Shown in pieces: positions 37,159 to 47,684 of a DNA stretch of 64,000 nt. A model generated the notes under the pieces. That model searched no databases. It was not told the DNA's origin and saw nothing but the letters and a program-made list of their open reading frames with translations. The translations under genes were made by a program, and so were the position numbers. The first letter of the stretch is position 1. Every line of letters begins with the position of its first letter. Source of the stretch: Syntrophales bacterium (lineage in GTDB: Bacteria; Desulfobacterota; Syntrophia; Syntrophales; UBA2210); the NCBI GenBank assembly GCA_963665835.2, contig CAXXWJ010000001.1:1725032-1789031 (forward strand), written 5' to 3'.

Positions 37159-39036
37159 ATGCTTCGGTATGGGGCAACGGTTATGGAGATAGTTTCTTCA
37201 AAATACGGGGACGCGGCTGCATCGGCTGTGGCGGCTCGTGTCAACGGGGAAATGGTAGACTTGAGCCACCCGGTTGATGAGGGTGCCTCAGTAGAGCTTG
37301 TGGATATATCGTCTATAGATGGGCTTGGTGTTTTGCGGCATAGCATATCGCACATTATGGCCCAGGCGGTTCAGGACATCTTCGATGGGGTAAAGGTTAC
37401 AATAGGGCCCTCCATAGAGGATGGTTTCTATTATGATTTCGAATATTCAGGTACCTTCACCCCGGAGGACCTCGAAAAGATAGAAAAAAGGATGAGAGAG
37501 ATTGTTTCTGCCAACCATCCCTTTGTGCGCAAGGAGATGTCGCGGCAGGATGCTGTTTCGTTTTTTGAAGAGAAGGGCGAGCCATATAAGGTGGAGTTGA
37601 TCAACGATCTGCCCGAGGACCTTACGCACGTAAGCCTCTATAGTCAGGGCGGGTTTTTCGATTTGTGCCGTGGGCCGCATATCCCTGCAACTGGCATGGT
37701 GAAGGCCTTCAAGCTTCTTAGTGTGGCGGGGGCGTACTGGCGCGGTGATGAAAAAAACAAGATGCTTCAGCGTATCTATGGTACAGGTTTTGCCACGCAG
37801 GAGGAACTGGACGAATATCTCAGGATTATAGAAGAGGCCAAGAAGAGAGACCACCGAAAGCTTGGGAAAGAACTTGATCTCTTCCAGATGAATGACGAAG
37901 CAGGTCCTGGGTTGATCATATTTCATCCGAAGGGCGCTCTCCTCAGAACTATCATTGAGGATTGGGAGAAAAAGGAGCACCTGAAACGCGGTTACGATAT
38001 AGTGATGGGACCTCAGATTCTGAAGGTTGATCTGTGGAAGAAATCCGGCCATTTTGATCATTACCGGGATAATATGTATTTTACAGAGGTGGATGAGCAG
38101 ATGTACGGAATAAAACCGATGAACTGCTTGTCGCACATGCTTATATACAAGTCGAAGATACGCAGCTACCGTGATCTGCCTCTCAGATATTTTGAACTCG
38201 GGACAGTACACAGACATGAGAAGACAGGGGTCCTCCATGGACTTATGCGGGCGCGTCAGTTTACTCAGGATGATGCCCATATACTTTGCACGCCCGATCA
38301 ACTTAACTCGGAGATCAGGGCCATTGCAGACATGGTGGATTATGCCATGGGTGTATTCGGGTTTTCCTACGAGGTGGAGCTCAGTACCCGACCTGAAAGT
38401 TCGATCGGATCTGATGCGGACTGGGAGCTGGCGACTTCCGCCCTGAAGCTGGCACTTGAGGACAACTCCATAGCATACGATATAAATGAAGGTGATGGTG
38501 CATTCTACGGTCCCAAGATAGATTTCAAGCTCAAGGATGCCTTGGGTAGGAAATGGCAGTGTGCTACCATACAGTGTGATTTTACGCTTCCTGAAAGGTT
38601 TGATCTGTCATATATAGGAGCGGACGGAGAGAAACACCGACCTGTTATGCTCCACAGGGTTATCTTGGGGGCCATTGAGCGTTTTATGGGTGTTCTGATC
38701 GAACATTATGCCGGGGCTTTCCCTGTCTGGCTTTCGCCCGTTCAGGCTACGATCCTTACTGTGACCGATAAGCATATTCCATACGGGGAAGAGGTTTTTA
38801 GGCGCCTTTTAACTGCCGGGGTGCGTTGCGAAAGAAATTTTAGAAATGAAAAGCTTGGATACAAAATACGCGAAGGTCAGATGCAAAAGGTTCCTTATAT
38901 GCTTGTAATCGGTGACCGTGAAATGGAATCTGAAACGGTATCACCGCGGCAGAGGGACGGAGGACAGAATCTAGGGTCTATGGGGGTCGATGATTTTGTT
39001 GCTGTCGTGCGTGAAAAGTGTGACATATATCAGTAA
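37159..39036 (+). CDS. thrS: Threonine--tRNA ligase
   Basis: TGS-like N-terminus ([11 protein letters not shown]), editing-domain [10 protein letters not shown], class II motifs (FRDEL-type region [12 protein letters not shown], ..GAFYGPKID), and an anticodon-binding C-terminus. The start is uncertain: the N-terminus is ~13 aa shorter than usual. Confidence 0.9.
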   Translation: MLRYGATVMEIVSSKYGDAAASAVAARVNGEMVDLSHPVDEGASVELVDISSIDGLGVLRHSISHIMAQAVQDIFDGVKVTIGPSIEDGFYYDFEYSGTFTPEDLEKIEKRMREIVSANHPFVRKEMSRQDAVSFFEEKGEPYKVELINDLPEDLTHVSLYSQGGFFDLCRGPHIPATGMVKAFKLLSVAGAYWRGDEKNKMLQRIYGTGFATQEELDEYLRIIEEAKKRDHRKLGKELDLFQMNDEAGPGLIIFHPKGALLRTIIEDWEKKEHLKRGYDIVMGPQILKVDLWKKSGHFDHYRDNMYFTEVDEQMYGIKPMNCLSHMLIYKSKIRSYRDLPLRYFELGTVHRHEKTGVLHGLMRARQFTQDDAHILCTPDQLNSEIRAIADMVDYAMGVFGFSYEVELSTRPESSIGSDADWELATSALKLALEDNSIAYDINEGDGAFYGPKIDFKLKDALGRKWQCATIQCDFTLPERFDLSYIGADGEKHRPVMLHRVILGAIERFMGVLIEHYAGAFPVWLSPVQATILTVTDKHIPYGEEVFRRLLTAGVRCERNFRNEKLGYKIREGQMQKVPYMLVIGDREMESETVSPRQRDGGQNLGSMGVDDFVAVVREKCDIYQ

Positions 39037-39083
39037 AAGTGTGATATAAGGCAGACTTTCTGCCATGTCTCAGGAGGTGACAC

Positions 39084-39596
39084 ATAACTAAGAATTCCAG
39101 AATCAATAAGGAAATCAGGGTTGACAAAGTTCGTGTTGTTGGCGCTGATGGGCAGCAGCTGGGGATACTGACCATTGCTGAAGCCTTGGCGGAAGCTGAG
39201 AAGGTGGATCTCGACCTTGTTGAGGTGGCTCCGGGTTCTGCGCCGCCAGTGTGCCGTATCATGGATTACGGAAAACACATGTATCAGCAGAGCAAGAAGA
39301 CGCACATTGCTAAGAAGAGCCAGAGTCTTGTTCAGATGAAGGAGATTCGGCTCCGGCCAAAGACAGAGGAACATGATCTTCAAGTAAAGCTTCGCCATAT
39401 TACGCGTTTTCTCGAGCAGAACAACAAGGTAAAGGTAACCATGATGTTCAGGGGGCGCGAGATAGTGTACGCCGACCAGGGGAGACGCATAATGGAAGAT
39501 ATGAAAAACAGGCTTGGGGATTTATGCATAGTTGATCAGTTTCCCAAACGGGAGGGGCGAAATATGATTATGGTCTTGGCTCCCCCGAAAAAGTAG
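39084..39596 (+). CDS. infC: Translation initiation factor IF-3, non-canonical AUA start
   Basis: In-frame reading from ATA 39084 gives ITKNSRINKEIRVDKVRVVGADGQQLGILTIAEAL.., a canonical IF-3 N-terminus. AGGAGG (39072-39077) sits 6 nt upstream, and an in-frame TGA lies at 39078-39080. The track ORF begins only at TTG 39186. Confidence 0.85.
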   Translation: MTKNSRINKEIRVDKVRVVGADGQQLGILTIAEALAEAEKVDLDLVEVAPGSAPPVCRIMDYGKHMYQQSKKTHIAKKSQSLVQMKEIRLRPKTEEHDLQVKLRHITRFLEQNNKVKVTMMFRGREIVYADQGRRIMEDMKNRLGDLCIVDQFPKREGRNMIMVLAPPKK

Positions 39597-39625
39597 TTAT
39601 CCAATAATGAAATCGGAGTAAGATG

Positions 39626-39823
39626 ATGCCAAAGATTAAGACACACAGAGGGGCAGCCAAGAGGTTCAGCCTTACCGCGACGGGGAAGGTCAAGAGAAGC
39701 AAGGCCTATTCCAGCCACATCCTGACAAAGAAGACGACAAAAAGAAAGAGAAACCTGAGGAAGTCAGGGGTTCTCAATAAGAGGGATGAGCGCGGGATCA
39801 AAAAACTGATTCCTTACATGTAA
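39626..39823 (+). CDS. rpmI: 50S ribosomal protein L35
   Basis: [14 protein letters not shown]... Confidence 0.95.
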   Translation: MPKIKTHRGAAKRFSLTATGKVKRSKAYSSHILTKKTTKRKRNLRKSGVLNKRDERGIKKLIPYM

Positions 39824-39845
39824 TGTAGGTTCGAGGGAGATATAT

Positions 39846-40196
39846 ATGCCAAGGGTAAAGAGAAGTATACACGCAAGAAAAAAGAGAAGAGGGATACTCA
39901 AGCTCGCTAAGGGGTATTTTGGTGCGAGAAGCCGGTTGTACCGGACAGCTACCGAGGCTGTTGAGAGGGCAATGAAATACTCATACCGGGATCGGAAGGT
40001 ACGTAAGCGCGATTTCCGGAAGCTGTGGATAGCAAGAATAAACGCAGCAGCCCGTATTAATGGGATCACTTACAGCAGGCTGATCTGTGGAATAAAGGAT
40101 GCAGGGGTGGACCTGGACAGAAAGATATTGGCGGAGCTTGCCGTTAATGATCCAGGAGCCTTTTCAAAGATTGTCGGTATCGCGAAAGGTGAGTAA
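39846..40196 (+). CDS. rplT: 50S ribosomal protein L20
   Basis: [29 protein letters not shown]... Confidence 0.95.
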   Translation: MPRVKRSIHARKKRRGILKLAKGYFGARSRLYRTATEAVERAMKYSYRDRKVRKRDFRKLWIARINAAARINGITYSRLICGIKDAGVDLDRKILAELAVNDPGAFSKIVGIAKGE

Positions 40197-40201
40197 TTTC
40201 C

Positions 40202-41218
40202 GTGAAAGAAGCCCTCGAAGATTTACGGAAAAAGGCTGAATTAGAAATATCTTCAGCCAGTACCCGGGAGGAGTTTCTTGATATAAAGACCAGATACCTC
40301 GGCAGGAAGGGTGTCCTTACCGATTTCCTCCGGGGGTTGAAGGATGTTCCGCCAGAAGAGAAACCCCTTCTCGGGAAGCTTTCCAATGATATCAAAAGCT
40401 CGTTGCTGGAAAAGATAGAAAGTGCTTTGGAGGACGTGGAAGCGCGTGAGAAGGTCAATGCGCTAAGCAAGGATCGCATCGATGTCACACTCCCGGGAAG
40501 AGGAGTTAAGTATGGTCGGCTCCATCCCGTGACGCGTGTCCAGACTGAGATATGCGATATCTTTGCAACCCTGGGGTTCTCAGTTGTTGAGGGTCCCGAG
40601 GTCGAACTGACCTATTATAATTTTGAGGCACTCAATATACCAGAAGGGCATCCAGCGCGGGATACTCACGATACTTTTTACGTAGCCAGTGACGTTGTTC
40701 TGCGTACCCATACCTCTCCTGTCCAGGTCAGGACTATGGAGAAACAATCTCCCCCGGTAAGGATTCTCTCTCCAGGCAAGGTTTACCGGCCTGACTCAGA
40801 CATATCTCACACACCGATGTTTCATCAGGTTGAGGGCCTTCTGGTTGACAAGGGCATCACCTTTGGTGATCTTAAGGGTGTGCTTACCTTTTTTCTTCGG
40901 CAGATGTTCGGTAGCGATACAAACCTGAGATTTCGTCCAAGCTTTTTTCCCTTTACGGAACCCAGTGCGGAGGTGGACATACAGTGTGTCATGTGCAAAG
41001 GCGCTGGCTGCCGGGTTTGCGGGCACACGGGGTGGATAGAGATCCTTGGAAGCGGCATGGTTGATCCCGAGGTTTTCAAGAACGTGCACTATGATGCCGA
41101 AGAAATATCGGGCTTTGCCTTCGGTCTCGGTGTTGAGAGGATCGCTATGCTCAAATACGGCATATCTGATATACGTCTGTTTTTCGAAAACGACCGAAGA
41201 TTCCTGGAACAGTTTTAG
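40202..41218 (+). CDS. pheS: Phenylalanine--tRNA ligase alpha subunit
   Basis: HPARDTHDTFY, LRTHTSPVQVR and FRPSFFPFTEPSAEVD motifs. GTG start. Confidence 0.95.
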   Translation: MKEALEDLRKKAELEISSASTREEFLDIKTRYLGRKGVLTDFLRGLKDVPPEEKPLLGKLSNDIKSSLLEKIESALEDVEAREKVNALSKDRIDVTLPGRGVKYGRLHPVTRVQTEICDIFATLGFSVVEGPEVELTYYNFEALNIPEGHPARDTHDTFYVASDVVLRTHTSPVQVRTMEKQSPPVRILSPGKVYRPDSDISHTPMFHQVEGLLVDKGITFGDLKGVLTFFLRQMFGSDTNLRFRPSFFPFTEPSAEVDIQCVMCKGAGCRVCGHTGWIEILGSGMVDPEVFKNVHYDAEEISGFAFGLGVERIAMLKYGISDIRLFFENDRRFLEQF

Positions 41219-41249
41219 TCTGTTCATCCTTCAGGAGTGGTGACTATAT

Positions 41250-43670
41250 ATGTTAGTAAGTCTCAAGTGGCTTAAAGATTATGTGGATGTGGATCTTACC
41301 CCAGAGGAGATAGCCGATAAACTTACCATGGCTGGTCTGGAGGTTGATGCCATAGCAAGTGTAAAGCCTGGGTTCTCAGGGGTAGTGGTATCAAAGATAC
41401 TCTCCGTTAAACCCCATCCGAATGCGGATAAGCTTTCCCTCTGTGATGTATCCACGGGCGATAAGACCTTTCCCGTGGTGTGCGGTGCGAAGAACATAAA
41501 AGCAGGCGATCTGGTCCCGCTTGCAATGGTAGGCGCTACAATCCCTGGTGGGTACACGATAAAGAGTTCACGTCTTCGTGGAGAGCTATCCGAGGGGATG
41601 CTCTGCTCCGAGGAAGAACTGGGTATCGGAGATGATGCATCGGGAATCATGATGCTCTCAGGTGATCTTGTTCTTGGTGAAGATCTGGCCGTAGCCCTTG
41701 AGCTTGAGGATGTCACCCTTGAGGTGTCAATCACGCCTAACCGGTCCGATTGTCTCAGCATGGTAGGAATAGCTAGAGAGATTGCCGCCATCACTGGTGC
41801 AGAGGTAAAATACCCTTCCATAGACTTCGAGGAAAAGGGAGAACAGATCGAAAAGCTTACATCGGTTAAGATACTTGCCCCCGATCTCTGTCCCAGGTAT
41901 ACAGCCAGGCTGATAAAGGATGTTGAAATCCGACCGTCTCCTTCATGGATGCGGATGAGGCTAGAGTCAGTAGGTCTGCGCGCTATTAATAATGTTGTTG
42001 ATGTTACGAATTTCGTCATGCTCGAATTTGGCCAACCCCTGCACGCCTTCAATTTTCAGTCTCTACGTGAGGGGAGAATTGTTGTTAGGGGGGCCGAGGA
42101 GGGCGAGGAGTTCCTTTCTCTGGATGAAAAGCCACGTAAGCTTGGTGCCGAGACCCTGATGATCTGTGATGGGGTGGGGCCGGTTGCGATTGCGGGTATA
42201 ATGGGAGGTCTCAATTCAGAGGTAGAGGCCGACACGACAGAGATCCTTCTCGAGAGCGCCTATTTCAATCCTTCTTCCATAAGGAAATCATCGAGAACCC
42301 TTGGAATGGGTACGGATGCAGCTTTTCGCTTTGAACGAGGCATAGACCCAGATGGCGTCGTACGGGCCCTGGACAGGGCAGCACAACTCATATCGGATCT
42401 TTCTGGCGGTTCAATATGCATGGGCTATGTAGATGAGTATCCCAGAAAAATAGAAACCGTGAAAGATGTCCCCCTCAACCCCAATCGGGTTAATTGTCTG
42501 CTGGGTACAAAAATTGAAGCTAGAGAGATGAGGCAGATTCTCGAAGGGCTGGAGATGAAGGTGGTTGAAACGGGAAAGGACGGGTATCTTGTTACCCCCC
42601 CTGCATTCAGGGTGGACATATCGCGTGAGGTTGACCTTATTGAGGAGATTGCGCGAATTCACGGATACGAAGGTATAGTTACATCGCTGCCACAGTTGGC
42701 GCCGAAGGCGGTGGTAAAAGGCGGTAGTAAAATACTGCAGAGCAGAATTCAGACCATATTGAACGGCTATGGATACTATCAGGTTATCAACTACAGTTTT
42801 GTCCCCCCTGCTTCTGCGGATCTCCTAGGTCTTGGCGATGAGGATGAAGGGCGAAGGTTCATAAGGCTTCAAGATCCACTTGGTGAAGACATGTCGGTTA
42901 TGAGGACGACTTTAGTATACGGTCTTCTGTCTACAATGAGAAAGAATGTGGTTGCCGGAAATCATGACCTTCGAATATTCGAGACAGGAAAAGTGTTTAA
43001 AGATTTTGGACAGAAACTTCCCCAGGAGAATGAAAGATTAGGGGCTCTTATCTGTGGTGCTCGTCACGACAGACTTTGGCACTTCGATGAAGATGTTCAT
43101 GTAGATTTTTATGATCTGAAGGGGTGTCTGCAAAACCTCTTGCATGCGCTTGGCATAGCAGATGTCAGATTTATATCCGGTTGTGAATGTCCCTTCCTGC
43201 ATCCGGGAAGATCCTGCCGCGTCATATCGGGCGGCGAAGATATAGGTTTTTTGGGCGATGTACATCTTGATGTTCTCGAAAGGATGGACATAAGAGGGAA
43301 GGCCGTAGTCTTTGATATCGATCTTGATTCTATAGTTTCCCGTTTACGTGAAGATTTTCTCTACCGTGACATACCGAAGCTCCCGTCCACATCAAGGGAT
43401 GTTGCTTTTGTTGTAGCTGAGCAGGTGGAATCGAAGATTCTGCTTGATATTGCTCTAGAAAAAAATGAGAATTTACTTGAGAGTATTGACATATTTGATG
43501 TATACAGCGGAAAAGGAATTCCGGACGGTATGAAGAGCTTGGCAGTGAGGTTTACGTATCGTTCGGCCACAAAGACCCTTACTGACGTTGAGGTGGCATC
43601 GGTTCATGATAGGCTGGTGGATGCCATAGTCAAAAGTACCGGTGCGAAGATCAGAGGGCTGGAGATTTAA
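41250..43670 (+). CDS. pheT: Phenylalanine--tRNA ligase beta subunit
   Basis: N-terminus MLVSLKWLKDYV, tRNA-binding domain, B3/4, B5 and FDX-ACB C-terminus; 806 aa. Confidence 0.95.
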   Translation: MLVSLKWLKDYVDVDLTPEEIADKLTMAGLEVDAIASVKPGFSGVVVSKILSVKPHPNADKLSLCDVSTGDKTFPVVCGAKNIKAGDLVPLAMVGATIPGGYTIKSSRLRGELSEGMLCSEEELGIGDDASGIMMLSGDLVLGEDLAVALELEDVTLEVSITPNRSDCLSMVGIAREIAAITGAEVKYPSIDFEEKGEQIEKLTSVKILAPDLCPRYTARLIKDVEIRPSPSWMRMRLESVGLRAINNVVDVTNFVMLEFGQPLHAFNFQSLREGRIVVRGAEEGEEFLSLDEKPRKLGAETLMICDGVGPVAIAGIMGGLNSEVEADTTEILLESAYFNPSSIRKSSRTLGMGTDAAFRFERGIDPDGVVRALDRAAQLISDLSGGSICMGYVDEYPRKIETVKDVPLNPNRVNCLLGTKIEAREMRQILEGLEMKVVETGKDGYLVTPPAFRVDISREVDLIEEIARIHGYEGIVTSLPQLAPKAVVKGGSKILQSRIQTILNGYGYYQVINYSFVPPASADLLGLGDEDEGRRFIRLQDPLGEDMSVMRTTLVYGLLSTMRKNVVAGNHDLRIFETGKVFKDFGQKLPQENERLGALICGARHDRLWHFDEDVHVDFYDLKGCLQNLLHALGIADVRFISGCECPFLHPGRSCRVISGGEDIGFLGDVHLDVLERMDIRGKAVVFDIDLDSIVSRLREDFLYRDIPKLPSTSRDVAFVVAEQVESKILLDIALEKNENLLESIDIFDVYSGKGIPDGMKSLAVRFTYRSATKTLTDVEVASVHDRLVDAIVKSTGAKIRGLEI

Positions 43671-43693
43671 ATATAATAAAGAGGGAGGTCGGG

Positions 43694-43969
43694 ATGACAA
43701 AAGCTGATATCATAAGGAATGTTCATGAGAAGATAGGTGTCTCGAAGAGCGATGCGGCACGCTATGTAGAGTCGGTGTTTGACATCATCAAGGATACCCT
43801 TGCTGGAGGCGAGGATGTAAAGATCTCCGGATTTGGCAAGTTGAGCATAAGAGACAAGACCGCCCGCAGAGGAAGAAATCCTCAGACAGGGAAAGAGATC
43901 GAGATATCGGCGAGAAAGGTTTTGACCTTTAAATCAAGCCAGGTGCTGAAGAAGGCCCTGAACGGCTAG
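43694..43969 (+). CDS. ihfA: Integration host factor subunit alpha (HU/IHF family)
   Basis: The GFGKLSIRDKTARRGRNPQTGKEIEISARKVLTFK beta-arm pattern. Its position after pheT is typical. Confidence 0.88.
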   Translation: MTKADIIRNVHEKIGVSKSDAARYVESVFDIIKDTLAGGEDVKISGFGKLSIRDKTARRGRNPQTGKEIEISARKVLTFKSSQVLKKALNG

Positions 43970-44014
43970 TAATCTATATCTTCGTCTTGTCTCGGCTTTT
44001 GCAGGTCTACTATT

Positions 44015-44347
44015 ATGGTTATCCCTGACAAGAATTATTTCCGTATCGGTGAGGTCGGCAGTATACTTGGCGTTGAGCCTTACGTAGTCAGGTACTGGGA
44101 GTCGGAATTCAAGACCGTAAAGCCCTTGAGGACTAGATCGGATCAGCGCCTTTATCATAAAAAGGATGTTGAGCAGCTCTTGACGATCAAGGCTTTATTG
44201 TACGATGAGATGTTTACCATAGCCGGAGCGAAAAAACGCTTGGCCAGTATCAATAAGGGCGATGCCAACAGGCAGTCTTCTGAGGACAATTGCAAATTGG
44301 CTGAAATTAAAAAAGGACTCAAGGATATAAAAGAGATTATAAGTTAA
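44015..44347 (+). CDS. MerR-family transcriptional regulator
   Basis: N-terminal HTH YFRIGEVGSILGVEPYVVRYWESEF..RTRSDQRLY. Confidence 0.85.
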   Translation: MVIPDKNYFRIGEVGSILGVEPYVVRYWESEFKTVKPLRTRSDQRLYHKKDVEQLLTIKALLYDEMFTIAGAKKRLASINKGDANRQSSEDNCKLAEIKKGLKDIKEIIS

Positions 44348-44383
44348 GCTAGTGCTTACTTGGGTAAACAAAAGGTAAAATAA

Positions 44384-44411
44384 AAAGCCGGTTTTTAAAC
44401 CGGCTTTTTTG
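44384..44411. terminator. Bidirectional intrinsic terminator
   Basis: AAAAAGCCGGTTTTTAAACCGGCTTTTTT lies between convergent genes. Confidence 0.8.
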
Positions 44412-44438
44412 TGTCTTACAGCGCTACTGAATAACAAA

Positions 44439-44729
44439 TTATTTTTTCTTGGACTTTGATGCTCTTTTTGACGCCTTCAGCGGATTAATCTTCTGAACCT
44501 GTTCCTTGGCCGCCCGCTCTATGTGTGTTGCCGATGGACAGCCCCCCATAGCCCATTTCGCATTGGGATCCGGATAGACGATGCAATATTTCATGGAAGA
44601 GTATTCAATGCACCTGTCACACCCTTCGCATTTTTCAATGATCGGGTGGCAGCTGCCTCCAACGAAACTGCACCCTTTCTTGGTCATGAAGGCACATTCA
44701 AGATCTTTTTTGACGGTTTGACAAAGCAT
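44439..44729 (-). CDS. PxxKW-family cysteine-rich small protein
   Basis: Start moved to MLCQTVKK (44729). Multiple Cys residues (CxxC, CEGCDRC), YPDPNAKW, and a basic C-terminal tail. Confidence 0.6.
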   Translation of the reverse strand: MLCQTVKKDLECAFMTKKGCSFVGGSCHPIIEKCEGCDRCIEYSSMKYCIVYPDPNAKWAMGGCPSATHIERAAKEQVQKINPLKASKRASKSKKK

Positions 44730-45120
44730 GGGAACTTTCCCCCCCCTTTTGTGAGTTGACTTTCTACAGGACAAAAAAAATCGGGCCGCACACTGCCCGA
44801 TCGTTGCAGATGCCCCGAATAGACTGGCGCGCTTCGTAACAAATAAAAATTGCTGTGTCAATAGAAAAATGTGGACACGCATAGATTGCAAAATATTTTC
44901 AGGCTTTAGCCCTTTTTCATTCTAACTATAAACTGATGCAGGCAGTAATATATGACCGATGCCATCATTTATAACACCAGCTAGATGTCCCCCAAATCAA
45001 TTCTTGCCTCCTGTAAGGCAAATTTTTTAAAAAGGTTGGGGTGCCCATAGATCTCAAAAACAAAAACGATATCTCGCTGTACTTTTTTTTGTGAGCATGT
45101 AAATTGTGCAATTGGCAATC

Positions 45121-45162
45121 TTTGTCTATTACGACTTGGTATTTGTCTATTACGACCTGGTA
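45121..45162 (+). repeat. Tandem 21-bp direct repeat (TTTGTCTATTACGACYTGGTA x2)
   Basis: Two adjacent copies with one T/C difference, in the divergent intergenic region between 44729 and 45524. Confidence 0.9.
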
Positions 45163-45523
45163 AAGGGAGGGTGCGAAGACAAGCCCAACCAGCCCGTAAT
45201 GAACACACCGGGCAGGCTTGATCATTTTAAAAGCCTTATTTATAATAGTTACTTGATTTAGGCCTTCTTTAAGTATAACTAACGGTTACCGGTGTTTTGG
45301 CACCCTGAATTTTATCTACCGAACCTTGTTGTTTTGATTGCCTGGTTGTGGCTGTTTTGCAAAGGTCATGGGTTACCTCCTCGTGCACCACCCAATTCTT
45401 GGTAATCTTCTTTTATCAGGGATATTCCCCAACTTACGGTTCGAATCATGATATAAGCAGTAAAAACTTTTACCTTTAACAATTATAGTTACATCAGGGC
45501 CATCAGCCCAAGCATTTTATTTT

Positions 45524-47077
45524 GTGAGGATTCAAGTGTACTTCGAAAACATGACAGCACAGGAGTTGGTAGATCTGGTTCTACTTCTGCAGGATAAATT
45601 AAAAGCACAAACTCGTCCTCAGCTTGATGAATCATCAGAAGAGGGACTATATAAAGTATTGGCCCACAGTTCGCAGGTGGGTTTTTATCTAACCCAGAAT
45701 AAACGGTTTGTTTTTGTAAACCGTCACTTTCAGGAGTATGCCGGGTACGGTGAAGCCGAGATGCTCGCTATGGACCCGGCTATTATGATCCATCCCGAAG
45801 ACAGAGACGAGGCTACAAAGAACACAATAAGCATGCTTAAGGGGCAGCGTTTTTCGCCTTATGAATTCAGGATTATAACGGGTGATGGTCGTATTAAATG
45901 GGTTATGGAGACAGTCATATCGGTCATGTTTAAAGGTCAAAGGGCCATACTTGGCAATCTAATGGACCTTACAGAACGGAAGGAGGCGGGGAAAAGGCTT
46001 GAAGAATTGGAGGCCCTTGAGGCATCCATTCTGGATGCCATTCCTCAGGCTGTAATGGTTTTGCACCAGCGTCGTATTAAATTTTCAAATAATGCTGTGC
46101 AAACCATATTCGGTTGGCATCAGGAGGATTTGATCGGTAAGAGTATAAAGGTTATATACCGTAACGATGAAGAGGCCAACATAATCGCTGAACGCCTTTA
46201 TTTGGCCCTGGAAAAGAATAGGACCTTCATGACCGAATATCCCTGCTGTCGTAAGGATGGACGTGAAATCCTCTGTGTTATGAGGGCCTCCAGGGTTGGA
46301 AATAAGCTAAGGGATCGTGATATTGTTGTCACTTACGAGGATATTACGGAACAGAAAGAGGCCGAGAAGGAACTCAAAAAGTCACGTAGAGACTTGAGAA
46401 ATCTTTCCGCTCACCTCCAGTCTGTTCGTGAGGAGGAGAGTTCAAGGATAGCCCGCGAGATCCATGATGAATTGGGACAGGCCCTGACGGCTCTTCAGAT
46501 GGATTTGTCGTGGTTGCAGAATCGTATACCCAAGGAGGAGGAATTGTTTCGGGACAAGACAGCTAGGATGTCCCAACTCCTTGACTCCACGGTCGAAAGT
46601 GTTCATAGAATAATGAGGGAACTGCGGCCAAGTGTGCTTGATGATCTGGGGCTGTCGGCCGCTATTGAATGGCAGATTAATGATTTTCAGGAAAGATCGG
46701 GGATTCAATCAGAAGTACTTTTATGCTGCAGCGAGGCCGATATAGATAAAGAACTGGCTACTACTGTTTTCCGGATTTTCCAGGAAGCGTTAACCAATAT
46801 AGCCCGTCATTCCAAGGCGACGCGATTTTTTGTCAGCCTGACTGAGGATGTCGGTGGATTATGCCTTGAAGTTAAAGATAACGGAGTTGGAATTACTCAG
46901 GAGCAGGTTAATAATCAACAGTCCTTCGGTATACTGGGAATGCGCGAGCGTGCCCACCTATGGGGTGGAAGCATTGGTGTTGTTCAGGTGCACCCCCAAG
47001 GTACTAAGGTGACATTGACCATACCGTTCGATAGGGGAGTGAATAAAAGAGATGATACGGATACTGGTTGCGGATGA
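45524..47077 (+). CDS. PAS-domain sensor histidine kinase (HisKA_3/NarX-type)
   Basis: Two PAS-like segments. H-box REIHDELGQALTAL, then HATPase_c (EALTNIARHS, DNGVGI, GILGMRER). The start is uncertain (GTG 45524 or ATG 45551). Confidence 0.85.
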   Translation: MRIQVYFENMTAQELVDLVLLLQDKLKAQTRPQLDESSEEGLYKVLAHSSQVGFYLTQNKRFVFVNRHFQEYAGYGEAEMLAMDPAIMIHPEDRDEATKNTISMLKGQRFSPYEFRIITGDGRIKWVMETVISVMFKGQRAILGNLMDLTERKEAGKRLEELEALEASILDAIPQAVMVLHQRRIKFSNNAVQTIFGWHQEDLIGKSIKVIYRNDEEANIIAERLYLALEKNRTFMTEYPCCRKDGREILCVMRASRVGNKLRDRDIVVTYEDITEQKEAEKELKKSRRDLRNLSAHLQSVREEESSRIAREIHDELGQALTALQMDLSWLQNRIPKEEELFRDKTARMSQLLDSTVESVHRIMRELRPSVLDDLGLSAAIEWQINDFQERSGIQSEVLLCCSEADIDKELATTVFRIFQEALTNIARHSKATRFFVSLTEDVGGLCLEVKDNGVGITQEQVNNQQSFGILGMRERAHLWGGSIGVVQVHPQGTKVTLTIPFDRGVNKRDDTDTGCG

Positions 47078-47684
47078 TCATGCTGTAGTAAGGGAAGGTG
47101 TTAAGCAGATACTGGCAGATGAGAGAGATATGGTGGTTAAGGGAGAGGCCGATGACGGACCGGAGACCCTTAAGAAGATTGGTCAGGAAGATTATGACGT
47201 GGTTCTTCTGGATATCTCTATGCCAGGAAGGAGTGGGCTTGAAATTCTGGAGGAGATAAAGGGGAAACACCTACATCTCCCGGTTCTTATTTTGAGTATG
47301 CATCCGGAAGAGCAGTACGCTGTTAGGGCCCTACGGGCAGGGGCTTCGGGATATCTTACAAAGGCAAGTGCCCCTAAAGAGCTTATCGGCGCTATCAGAA
47401 AGGTATCTAGTGGTGGGAAGTACGTCACGGCATCCCTGGCAGAAAAACTGGCATTGGAACTCTATACGGACGCGGGGAAAATGCCTCACGAAAGACTTTC
47501 AAACCGCGAATATCAGGTGATGCTGATGCTTGCAGAGGGCAAGTCTGTCTCCGAGATTGCCGATAGTATCTTTCTTAGTGTTAAAACAATAAGTACCTAT
47601 AGATCAAGGATCTTGGAAAAAATGGGAATGAAAAAAAATGCTGAACTTACGCTTTACGCCATCCACAACGGGCTTATGGAATAG
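47052..47684 (+). CDS. NarL/LuxR-family response regulator
   Basis: REC domain (ILVADDH..VVLLDISMPG..LSMH) plus a LuxR HTH (LSNREYQVMLMLAEGKSVSEIADSIFLSVKTISTYRSRIL). It overlaps the kinase gene by 26 nt. Confidence 0.92.
   Translation: MIRILVADDHAVVREGVKQILADERDMVVKGEADDGPETLKKIGQEDYDVVLLDISMPGRSGLEILEEIKGKHLHLPVLILSMHPEEQYAVRALRAGASGYLTKASAPKELIGAIRKVSSGGKYVTASLAEKLALELYTDAGKMPHERLSNREYQVMLMLAEGKSVSEIADSIFLSVKTISTYRSRILEKMGMKKNAELTLYAIHNGLME

Noticed and set aside
37110-37161. Possible recoding or truncation at the thrS 5' end. An in-frame ATG at 37114 gives MVLLYR, then TGA (37132-37134), then HFWRVIPG-M... This would restore the usual TGS-domain length. Another frame from TTG 37110 would need a +1 shift.
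   Set aside because: TGA is used as an ordinary stop elsewhere in the window (for example ygiQ). Neither alternative reproduces the conserved I.V.LPDG motif. ATG 37159 has GGAGGG upstream. The simplest reading is a slightly short N-terminus, or a 6-codon upstream ORF of unknown relevance. This cannot be decided from sequence alone.
37447-38301. A 284-aa minus-strand ORF.
   Set aside because: It is antisense to thrS and is a shadow ORF.
41279-42052. A 257-aa minus-strand ORF, Ser/Thr/Pro-rich.
   Set aside because: It is antisense to pheT and its low-complexity composition is typical of reverse frames.
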